64,000 nt of DNA from Epithemia pelagica. Taxonomy: Eukaryota > Protista > Bacillariophyta. The translations under genes and the position numbers were made by a program. How positions within the stretch are numbered: the first letter of the stretch is position 1; each line of letters begins with the position of its first letter. The stretch spans positions 3,100,001 to 3,164,000 of the forward strand of contig OX337237.1 in NCBI GenBank assembly GCA_946965045.2. The letters run 5' to 3'. The notes under the pieces are model-generated. The model was not told the origin of the DNA. It made no database searches and was given only the letters and a program-made list of their open reading frames with translations. Positions 41,397 through 51,228 of the stretch are shown one piece after another.

Positions 41397-44300
41397 CGAG
41401 CCAAGACATTAAGGATTACTTTAGGATACATGCAGCCACAGAGACAAATGACGGAGTTGCCGAACGCATGGAGTCCAAGATATCCGTAGGAAAAGGAAAA
41501 TGGCGAGTTGGGTTGGTGAGCACAAGCACCCCCTTTTGGTTTTGGGCGGTAGCTTCGCTAGGAGAAGTTGTCTGGATAGATGTTTTGGATAAGGAATTGT
41601 TAAGTGAGGAAACGGGAGCGATGGATTGGAGAAGTCAAGCATTGGACCTGCAGCCAAGGCAAACAAAGAATCGCGGAATTAAGCGACGCAGAGTTTCTTA
41701 CTGGACGGCAGCAGATTGGTCCACAAGGGAGACTGTGGATATCATATTCTTTGAGAGGGGCATAGTCCCAGGCCCGGATCATGATGTATGGAGACAGTCG
41801 GAATTGAAGCTGGTATTTTGGATAGGAGGAAAGAAGAAGGGTGGCCCTCCATTGACTGAAGCGAGTCAATGGAAACAAGGCATCATGAAATTGGATCACA
41901 CGGACCTCGGTGGGGTTACAAACCTCGAATCCTGGATTCATGTTTCAGAGCGAGTGGACTCAGATGAGAGGCGGTTCGTGGATTGTTGGGCAGACCATTT
42001 GGAACAGGGTCTGCAGCACACGACGTTCCGAGGAATCGTGGATCCGACAATACAGGGGAAGGAGTGTCCTCTGAGACTGTTTCATGATGATAGCTCTGAG
42101 AGGAATGTATGGAAGAGAGGAGTGTCGATATTGGAAAGGAAGATGGTGTGGAAGAAGGACGTTGCAAGGACACACATTCTTCCAAGTGTGTTCACAACAA
42201 GATCGGGCTTTGTGGAGCGCAAGATTTCTTCAAGGGAGCTCGCAGTGGCCTTGGATTTTCCGGCTGCGTTGCATAAAAAGGGGTCAGAGCAAGAACTCGA
42301 TCGTTGGACTGTGGACATCGGCGTTCCTTTCAAGAGCCGAGTCCAAGTTGCGTGATCCATTCTGGGATGGATGAATGATAGAAGGAAAGCGAATGATCAG
42401 AAAGAAAGATCAGACGAAATGAGTGAGGAATCGTTGTCGGATATGGGACAGGGGCCGAGATCACAAACGCGAATGACGGAGAACTGCGAATTGTTCACAT
42501 CTCTCGATAGCGAAGGTGGAGGCTCTTTAAACATGGAAGAACGAAGGGAGGACAGGAATTTGAAGGCGACAAAAGCGGATGATGCCGAAATCCCGACTTA
42601 CTTGTGGGACGACAGAATCTGCTCGCACTTTGGTATGACAAGCGTGAGCGATCGAGGACGAGGCATCAAGGCTCTGTCGGTAATACGGCGCGTGGCGTTG
42701 AAGTATTGGAAACGGTTGGTGTGTAGTGACTTTTGGGGATGGTGGAAAAGTCAACGTTTTAGAGACGACAATGATGAGAAAGAAAGGACGATACGAGCAG
42801 GGTTAAGTGCACTCACGCATGCTTCCCAAGCCTCATGGTGGGACTGGGATCATGGATCCTCTCCATTCTTTTGGAGAATGCCCAAGCTTGACTGGCTCGT
42901 GGAGATGCGCGATGGAGTGGAACCGATGTGGATCGGGGATCCGCCCGCATACCGACGAAGACAGCAAGCGAATCCGGATCCAGAGGCTCGCGCTCTAGAA
43001 AAGAAGAAACTGAAGAAAGTTAGACATCGAGGGTACATTGTGAAAACGGCGGACATCAAGTCGCTTACCAGTTTCTTTTCGGTGCCGAAAGGCGACACGG
43101 ATATACGGATGGTCTATGATGGAACCAAGAGCGGTTTAAACGACACGCTTTACGCTCCGTGGTTTGGTCTCGGCAACGTCACGTCCATGTTGAGAACTGT
43201 TGAAGCAAAGACATGGTCGGCTGACAACGACTTTGGGGAGATGTTTTTAAACTTCTGGATCCACCCGGATCTCAGAAAGTATACTGGCATCGACATCACC
43301 GAACTCTTTCCCGAGGAGGAATTGAAAGAGAAGTATGGAACGACTCGGCTTTGGGAGGCGTGGTGCCGATGTGCCATGGGTTTGACTACGTCGCCTTATC
43401 AAACCACACAGTGTGCCCAAAGAGTCAAACGGATCATTTTTGGAGACAAATCGGATCCGAACAATATCTTTGGTTGGACTGACGTGCGTATCAATTTGCC
43501 AGGGGATGATCATTATGATCCATCGCTTCCGTGGATAAGTAAAGTGAGAGCCAATGGAGATATCGCGGCCGACGTCCATCCATATGTTGACAACTTACGC
43601 GAAACGGCTCCAACGGAAGAAGAAGCGTGGTAAGCTGCAAGTAAGATGGCCAAGGGAGCATCTTACTTCGGACTTCAGGATGCAGCAAGGAAGCGACGCT
43701 CCCCAAGTAAATCACCAGGGGCATGGGCCGGTGCAGTCATCGAGGCAGCCAACGATGGAAAGGTGTACAAAACAGTGGCGCAGGAAAGATGGGACAAGAC
43801 TCGGAATTTTGTCCACACTCTCAAAGATTGGGCAGACGACGGTGGATTGGTGGATCGTAAGGAATTGGAGCGTATCAGAGGTTTTCTCGTATACGTTTCA
43901 CTCACTTTTGATATTATGGTTCCTTATTTGAAAGGGATCCATCTGACCCTTGAATCATGGAGAGACGACAGGGACGAAGAAGGTTGGAAATTAAATGAAA
44001 AGGATCGTAGAGCTGTGATTCGGAAACGGGAAAGGGAGCTCCATGCGCCACCCAAGGTAAAACAGGCTCCACGATTCAAGGACGACGTGAAGGCATTGGT
44101 TAGACTGACGGAGCAAGAACATCCTCCAAAGATCTTGGCACGACCGACGTCTGGAGCAAAAGTAGCAATGATCTTTGCCGACGCGTCTGGTGAAGGGTTT
44201 GGGTCTTCACTGTGGATTTATGGAGGATCTACAGTAGACACTGAGCACGGTCTATGGACTTGAGAGTATGGCTCCCGCTCGTCAAATTTCAGGGAGTTGT

Positions 44301-45109
44301 ACAATCTTGTTCTGAGACTAGAGAGACTGGTTCAAGACGGAAAACTGCCCGAAGGAACCGAGGTGTTTATGTTCACGGACAACTCGACGGCAGAGTCTGC
44401 GTTCTACAAGGGAACGTCATCCTCGAGATTGCTGTTTGAATTAGTGCTGCGAACAAAACAGTTGGAAATGAATGGTCACATTTTTGTTAGAGTGATCTGG
44501 GTCGCCGGTACAAGAATGATAGAGCAAGGGACCAACGGTCTTTCTCGTGGCGATCTTATGACTGGAGTCATGACCGGTTTAAACATGCTCCTTTACGTAC
44601 CATTGAACAAGACGGTGATCCAACGTCAGGAGAATGTTGTACCCTGGCTGGAGTCAGTTGGGCACACTGCATACAAGTGGAGAGTTTTACAAACTCACGA
44701 GTGGTTTGATGAGGCGTTCGAGGACGGGGAATTTATTTGGACACCACAGTCTGCTATTGCAGATGTGGCAGTTGACTTGTTATGCAACGCTCGCCACATC
44801 CATACTAGAACCGCACACATGTTTGTTTGCCCTGCGTTAATGACTAACAGGTGGCGAAAGAAGTTGGGGAAGGTGGCGGATTTTGTTTTTACCATCCCTG
44901 TAGGCACCGAATTGTGGCCAAAGTCTCATCACGAACCGTTGATTGTTGGTTTTGTATTTCCTTTTCTTTGCAGCCCTCCATGGCAAGTTAAACGAGCGAC
45001 AAGCTTATTGGACGAGGTGGAAGGGAAATTGCAAAGCATGTGGGCATCCGGTACAACCTCTGTCCGGGATCTGCTGCGCAAACTTTGGCGTTTCAAGGGG
45101 AACGAGTAA
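41397..45109 (+). pseudogene. YR element 1 ORF2: MTase-like N-terminal region, reverse transcriptase, RNase H, C-terminal MT-like domain; disrupted
   Basis: FFSVPKGDTDIRMVYDG, DFGEMFLNF, MGLTTSPY, YVDN (YVDD in copy 2), IFADASG, FTDNST, IWTPQS. Stops at 42353, 43631 and 44261. The 5' boundary is placed at a predicted splice acceptor; the first ATG is 41468. Confidence 0.88.
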
Positions 45110-46517
45110 GACATGTACCGGAATATGGCACGCGAGATGCTATCGGCAATTTGAAGCGGATAAATTTCCAGTCTTGCAGGCCTCGGATTTGGATGATGCC
45201 TTGCTGGATTTAGAGGGACACGGCGAATTGGATGACGATGAGCACCGTTTTAAGGAGGCACGTCCTGGGGATGACCTCATGGTGGCCTTCCAATGTGATG
45301 ATTGTTGTTTTTACAACTTGCAAGGACGATACCTCTCACCACGGGAAGAAGACAAGCTCCTACAGCTCTGCATTCACAGAGCTATTTTGGATTCGTTCTG
45401 GGCACGAGAAAGATCAACAGTCGAAAAGAACTGGAGGGAAGTCAAAGGCTTATTGGAAACAAGTGCCACAATGGGGTTGGACTCACCTTTGCCGAACCGA
45501 GGTCCTTTCGTTGTTGGAGATGACAATGGCCTAAATGTTGCCTGCATGATGCTGATGAAGACGCTGAGAGCAGGCAAGAACTCGACCCACATTCAATTTG
45601 AGACAGCGCGAAAAGTGAGATCCGCCGTATCTAACTTCTTCCATACAATACCGGGAGGGACTGGTTTGGCGACTGTGGGACAAGGCGAAAGGGGAGGTCT
45701 GTTTTTTAGCGCGAGCTCCACAAATTCCCATTGGTTCCGGCGATTCATGACCGGGTGCCATCGCAGAATGGGGGACGTCTGGATCCCAGACCAAGCTGTC
45801 ACCGTTGATGAAGTCAAGGCTGCGCTTTCCATATTAGAAGATGAGTGGATCGGCGGAGCGACAGGACAACGAAAGGTGGAAATCGCTTTAACAGGCGCAA
45901 TGGTTGTTGTTGGATACGTCGCCGCATTGAGAGGAGAAGAGCTGCCGCAGATTGATGTTGGATTAATGCGCAAGTATTGGGAAGAAGGGCTGAATTATTC
46001 AAGGAAGAAGCACGTTCCCCTTGCCTTAGCGGGTCGATTCAAACAGACCACAGGGACCTTCCGAGTTTATATGCACCCGTTGGCAGAAAAAACGTCGTCT
46101 GGAATAGACGTCCGACAGTGGTTAGAGAGAGCGATTTGGTGCTTGCACCAACAAGGAGTGACCAGCGGGCCCATGTTTCGGATCACTAAAAAGCGAGGAC
46201 AAATCGCTCGTGCATCGGTCGGAGACCTGGATTCGCTTTTCCACCCATTATGGAAACGAGTACAACATCGCTTCCCAGGTCTGATTGGCGAGTCAGTGAA
46301 AGTGGATGAAGATTACAGCGTGAGGAGATCTTTTCGTCGGGGAGCAACCACAGAAGCTCAAAATCGACAAATTCCCAGAGAGGTAATAGAAATGAACAAC
46401 CGCTGGCGAAAGCACATTAAGGGCAAGGGAGTACTGCCCAACATGTCCATGTTGGAACGTTATTCGGACGCTAAAGCTTCAGTGGAAGCTCTTGTCAGGT
46501 TCTCAGAACTGCTGTAA
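44943..46517 (+). CDS. Tyrosine recombinase of YR element 1 (open frame, 5' end uncertain)
   Basis: Catalytic-type motifs ALRGEE, GRFK, RSFRRGATT, NNRW and ERYSD, plus a Cys-rich N-terminus. Overlaps the end of ORF2 in another frame. Confidence 0.88.
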   Translation: MLVLYFLFFAALHGKLNERQAYWTRWKGNCKACGHPVQPLSGICCANFGVSRGTSKTCTGIWHARCYRQFEADKFPVLQASDLDDALLDLEGHGELDDDEHRFKEARPGDDLMVAFQCDDCCFYNLQGRYLSPREEDKLLQLCIHRAILDSFWARERSTVEKNWREVKGLLETSATMGLDSPLPNRGPFVVGDDNGLNVACMMLMKTLRAGKNSTHIQFETARKVRSAVSNFFHTIPGGTGLATVGQGERGGLFFSASSTNSHWFRRFMTGCHRRMGDVWIPDQAVTVDEVKAALSILEDEWIGGATGQRKVEIALTGAMVVVGYVAALRGEELPQIDVGLMRKYWEEGLNYSRKKHVPLALAGRFKQTTGTFRVYMHPLAEKTSSGIDVRQWLERAIWCLHQQGVTSGPMFRITKKRGQIARASVGDLDSLFHPLWKRVQHRFPGLIGESVKVDEDYSVRRSFRRGATTEAQNRQIPREVIEMNNRWRKHIKGKGVLPNMSMLERYSDAKASVEALVRFSELL

Positions 46518-46586
46518 AAGGGAACAGGCGATGCAAGGAAGGGATGTCAGAATGGAGAAACCGAATTCAAGTTGGAAACGAAGATG

Positions 46587-46942
46587 GAACGACCACACGG
46601 GGAGATGACTCGACTATACCTCTTATGGGGTATGTCCAGGTCGCTTTGATGACTGTCAGCTTGTCTGTTGATGGGAGGGAGATCCCTCTCCTGGTTGGCA
46701 TGTTGGGGTGTGGCAACCTTGACATGCTGACCGTCCTTTTCTTGCGAAGATACTTTCGAAGATTGGGGCTCACCCTATGGTGAGTAAATGGAGAGTGGGT
46801 GTTCTAGCCTAGAGGCACACTCGCACGCAGCATACACGGGGTAGCAGAATCTGGAGTTCTGCGACCGTGGCGCGATTCCGGATCCCTCCCGATACTGGGA
46901 TATGGGTGGGGGGGCCTAGTCCCCCCCAGTGTTGGTTAAGTA
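46587..46942 (+). ncRNA. Conserved structured non-coding region 3' of the recombinase (copy 1)
   Basis: Colinear with 58904-59251; several stems show compensatory changes between the two copies. Function unknown. Confidence 0.55.
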
Positions 46943-47023
46943 ACATCTTTATACTATATTATTGCAAACGAGAGGTCATGGGATTTGATTGGTGCACAGG
47001 TCGTGACGACTGAGGATGAAGTA

Positions 47024-47246
47024 CCGCATCGTACCGCCCCCGGTCAAGAAGGGACCGACGGACGAACGAGGAACGGACATTGCACCCAAAGAAGATCCCA
47101 TAAGATTTGCAAGGCTACGTCGTCGTTTGTTGGGGCAGTCAAAATGACTATACCCAACAAACATACTTTGACGATTCATAAATCGTCGGAAAGGAGGGTT
47201 GAACGGATCACCAAGGATCTGATCACCCATTGGACCCGTGATTCTC
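47024..47246 (+). repeat. Terminal direct repeat A2 of YR element 1
   Basis: Copy of 38644-38866. Confidence 0.93.
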
Positions 47247-47373
47247 GTCTCATTTTTTGTTCGTAGAAGACCCTTTCTTCCTGTGGCTGTCCTATTATAT
47301 TTTTTCATACACTCCTTTCGATTCCCCTTTTCGATTGACTCCACACCTCATTATTTGTGAAAAGAGGAGAAGA

Positions 47374-49611
47374 ATGGCATCGTCTTCTTTTTTCCCTTCT
47401 TCGTTTTCCATCCAGCCTTTGTTGGGCGCCAAAAGGAAGGACACGACCAAAAACCAGCCAGAGGATCCTCTTAAACAACAACAACAACAACAACAACATG
47501 GCCGTTCTTGTCCTCATGCGGGGCGCTGGCTGATTCTTGCCGTGTTGGTGTGTCATGGTTGGGCCATGTCCTTTTGGGTCACCATGAACACAACGACAAT
47601 AACCACTAGTTCTCGGGACGACCCACAGCAGCGACAGCAACACAAACAACAACAACAAGAAGAAGAAGAAGAACGTTCCTTCCTCCCCAACACCACCCTT
47701 GTCCGCAAGAATTCGAGCAGCATCACCAACACCAACAGGACGGTTGTTGCTAGCACTGGAGAAGACTACCCGAATCGACTCGGACCACGAGGACACAACC
47801 AACCAACGAATTCGACATTTCTTACAACAACAACGACGGGGCATTCATCATACCCAAAACATCGTCGACCGAAACAACAACAACAACAACAACAACAACG
47901 ACGACAACAAGAACCACCACCACAACAACAACAACAAGCACCAAGTTCCATCGAACACAAGACCATCACCACTACTACTACTACTAGAGCCCCCCAAACG
48001 AATTCCAGCAACCCCTCTACCACTACCAATACTACTCCTACGGGGGAGAAAGACCCAGAAGGACAAGAACCAGAACAACCACAAGACGGTTCCTCCAAGC
48101 AAAACAACAACATCACTGCTACCACCGCAAAGACCCCAACAACATCGAGTTCTTTAAATATCACCCTTTGGTGTTTGCTGGATAACGGTTCGACCGAGAC
48201 CTTTTTTCATTTTCCCCATGCCCTTCAATCACTCAGTTTGTGTTGGAGTTTTTTTATGGACAAACAAGCCGAATTACAACAAGCACGAACGGAAATCTCC
48301 GAGATCCACAGCAACAGCAGCATGACGACTCCTAGTCCTACAACACCAGTCACAACAACCTGGATTCCGTGTCACATCAACATGCACGAAAAGCTGAAGC
48401 CCTTGAAGTCAGTCGACAAGGATTGGCGTGCGGCCTTGGTGTTCCAGGTCATGGGATGCACCGTTTCCTACCATTCTTACAATATTTCTCAACTGACTCA
48501 CAATGGTGGGAGTCTACCAGTGATGAATGGAACACTCCACCTGCCAGACAAGCACAATCACACACCACAGGACAACAAAATGAATAGTATACAAAGAGAC
48601 TTACCTCGTTCCAATGCGACTCATCAACATTACTTGTATCGACCCAAGCGAGAGGATGTGTATGGCCTTCGATTCTTTTGGCATCCTCGACATGCCCGAC
48701 AACTATACCAGCGCCTTCAAGATACTTTGGCAACAACCAAAAAGGACCGCAACCCTAAAGAGGAGGCTCGAACTACGACAACAAACACCACCAGCACCAC
48801 CACGACGATTTCGGCACCACGGACTCCTCCGCTCTCGATTGGATTGGTCAATCGACGAAAGAGTCGACGGATTGGAAACATGGATCAGATTGCAGAGGCC
48901 CTTGGGCAACTCTATCCGCACGCTCAAATTCAACAGACCGACATGGATGATATGGCCACACCCTTGGATCAATTTGCCTGGTGGTCCCAGCACTCGCTCG
49001 TGATTCTGCCCCATGGAGCTTCCAGTACCAATCTTGTATTTTTGCCGGCAGGAGCAGCCGTCATTGAAGTGTTTCCACCCCATTATTATTGGTGGGGATT
49101 TTTGAAGTTGGCTCATTCCATGCAAGTACGATATTATGGCTACTTTCCCATCTTGATCGAATCGAATACAACTTTGAATAGTACATACACGACAACGCCA
49201 CCTGATGCTGCCAATAGGACTTTTACAGATCAACAACTCCAACGACGACGACAACAACAACAACACGAACGGGCTGGGAACATGGTGTTGGACGACTTTC
49301 GTCTCTCGTGTCCCGTGTTTAAAGATCGGCAGAAATATCGCGCCATTCCCGTCATGAAGCCCTCCATTCCGCATCTCATGGTTCTCGTGCAACGAGCCCT
49401 TGACGAAGGACAGCTCGTTCCACAAAACCAGCAACAGGTGGGAAGGAACAACAACAACCAGTCGTTGTACTACACTCCCCAAATTTCGCACATTGAACCC
49501 GCATGTCATTCGGTCCGAAATAATGTCGAGCGTGCCCGAAGCACCATGGTACATTCGTTGAATTTGGACGATCCACCCGAATCTCTCATACAACGGTCTG
49601 GAGGATCCTGA
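47374..49611 (+). CDS. Type II membrane glycosyltransferase, GT61 (DUF563)-like, 745 aa
   Basis: N-terminal TM WLILAVLVCHGWAMSFWV and a T/Q/N-rich stem. The catalytic region has FFHFPHALQ, IGLVNRRKSRRIGN and LDQFAWWSQHSLVILPHGASSTNLVFLPAGAAVIEVFPP, the PHGA-x-N motif typical of GT61. Confidence 0.8.
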   Translation: MASSSFFPSSFSIQPLLGAKRKDTTKNQPEDPLKQQQQQQQHGRSCPHAGRWLILAVLVCHGWAMSFWVTMNTTTITTSSRDDPQQRQQHKQQQQEEEEERSFLPNTTLVRKNSSSITNTNRTVVASTGEDYPNRLGPRGHNQPTNSTFLTTTTTGHSSYPKHRRPKQQQQQQQQRRQQEPPPQQQQQAPSSIEHKTITTTTTTRAPQTNSSNPSTTTNTTPTGEKDPEGQEPEQPQDGSSKQNNNITATTAKTPTTSSSLNITLWCLLDNGSTETFFHFPHALQSLSLCWSFFMDKQAELQQARTEISEIHSNSSMTTPSPTTPVTTTWIPCHINMHEKLKPLKSVDKDWRAALVFQVMGCTVSYHSYNISQLTHNGGSLPVMNGTLHLPDKHNHTPQDNKMNSIQRDLPRSNATHQHYLYRPKREDVYGLRFFWHPRHARQLYQRLQDTLATTKKDRNPKEEARTTTTNTTSTTTTISAPRTPPLSIGLVNRRKSRRIGNMDQIAEALGQLYPHAQIQQTDMDDMATPLDQFAWWSQHSLVILPHGASSTNLVFLPAGAAVIEVFPPHYYWWGFLKLAHSMQVRYYGYFPILIESNTTLNSTYTTTPPDAANRTFTDQQLQRRRQQQQHERAGNMVLDDFRLSCPVFKDRQKYRAIPVMKPSIPHLMVLVQRALDEGQLVPQNQQQVGRNNNNQSLYYTPQISHIEPACHSVRNNVERARSTMVHSLNLDDPPESLIQRSGGS

Positions 49612-50960
49612 TAACCAACCACAAACAATCACATCTTGTCTCTCTCATATTTTTGCCTCCAGGCTACCAGAGAGATTGCTTTCGAAAACTGAAGAGGACT
49701 TCTCTTCCTACTACTACATCAAGCCCAGTTGTTGTCACGTTTCATTCACAACACCGTACTACTGCATTTATTTAAAAGAGCTCTTCTCAAACAAAATCCT
49801 GTGCACGGACCATTACCTATAGGTAGGAAGTCCTATTTGGATTTTTGTAAAAGAAATGGCGTGTATCGTGTCCAAGCAACCACCAGAGCAGCAAGGCAGA
49901 ATTCCACCACAACCACCATGGCACAACGATGCACATTCTGATAGAGAGGCCCTGTGGTTGGTGTGTGGCTGGATAGACTCTTGCTTGTCGTCATTTTCAA
50001 CCGCCTTGTGGCTTTTCGTCTCTGACCTCGTGCCCTTGGTCTTTTCAGTGTCGTAGTATATTGCTGCGACTGGCAATCCTCATCATCATCATCTTGTGGG
50101 GAATGCTTTGGGCCAAGTATATAAAATCGTCCTTGGCTGTGTCGTCTGACTAGGGGGAACGAGGCCCGAACCAGACCACACTGTCGAGAGGGCGACCCAA
50201 TCCTTGTGCGGATCGGATTCTTCTTCTTCTTGAGTCGTCCTTGGGGTTTTGTGGCAGGAGTGCCGTTCCTGTCTCATGGCACAGCAGTGTGCTGCAGGTG
50301 CACCATGGATCCGCGGTTGCTTTTTGAAACACATAAGAGTGCCGGTCGTATCGTGTTGGGTAGAACATTCGTAGTAGTAGTGCCCAATGGTGTTCCATTT
50401 TCGTGGGCCGCCCCGACTCTTCCACCAGTGTTGGTGGCCGCCCCCCACAAGACGGTCTATGGTTTGGTCACACACGGCCACCGACCAGAATCATATTGTC
50501 ACTCGACACACCACAAGTCTTGTGTGTGTGGGTGGGTGGTTGGCCACACCACACTGTTCTGCTGCTAGGATTGCGGGTCGATCTACCATTGGATCGGACC
50601 CATCACAGTCAGTCTTAGTATAGGCCCCCAAGGAGAGGAAGAGGAGCTATACCGTTTGGCGTGTCGATATCGTGGACAAACGTGTCCTGGTGGTGCTGTA
50701 GAGTGTTGTTCTTTTGTTGCGCTTTTCTAGTATACAATCATAGCGGGTCCCGAAGCTGTGAAAGGATAATGATGGGACACACACTATACTGGAGGCTCAC
50801 GGAGAGGAGCTATGGTATGCCATTCTAGTTGGTTCGGTTGGAACAGAACCACCATTATATTTGGAGATGCTCTGTTGCAACGAGAACGACTCTTTGGACA
50901 AAAAAGAGTTCCAGTCCCGTGGGGGATAATGGGGGAGCAGCAATTGTGGGCGGCGAAACT

Positions 50961-51177
50961 CGCATCGTGTCGCCCCCGGTCAAGAAGGGACCGACAGACG
51001 AACAAGGAAAGGTCATTGCACCCAAGAGTCTCCCAATGCAAGACAACGTCTGTTGGGCCGGTCATTCTATGACCGGTCCCAACAGAGCTTTGACGATTCA
51101 TAAATCGTCGGAAAGAAGAAGTGAACGGGTCATCAAGGATCTGATCACCCATTGGTTCCGTACATCTTTTTCTTTCG
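50961..51177 (+). repeat. Terminal direct repeat A1 of YR element 2
   Basis: Matches 59331-59547 and shares core blocks with the element 1 repeat. Confidence 0.92.
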
Positions 51178-51228
51178 GTTCGGTTTGCTTGTCTTGTCGG
51201 CCGTGCCAACCACCTCAAGTGTTCTGCC

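Larger units (their letters stand above)
38644..47246 (+). mobile_element. Tyrosine-recombinase (DIRS-order) retrotransposon copy 1, ~8.6 kb, defective
   Basis: Gag-like ORF, RT-RNase H-MT ORF and YR ORF, bounded by 223-bp direct repeats (38644-38866 and 47024-47246, one mismatch seen). Multiple premature stops. Confidence 0.92.

Noticed and set aside
46587-46942. Group I intron, group II domain V or hammerhead identity for the structured 3' region
   Set aside because: The GACTA/TAGTC pair closes a simple hairpin without the group I P3/P8/J8-7 layout, CTCGCACG lacks the rest of domain V, and no CTGATGA...GAAA core is conserved in both copies.
46943-47310. B1/B2 split repeats or an internal complementary region around A2
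   Set aside because: The sequence after A2 does not repeat or complement the sequence before A2 or the 5' end in either element beyond a few bases.
38400-50743. Shared TACAATCATAG 11-mer about 230-245 bp left of both YR elements
   Set aside because: Single short match with no surrounding alignment; too weak to call the left flanks homologous, though worth retesting by alignment.
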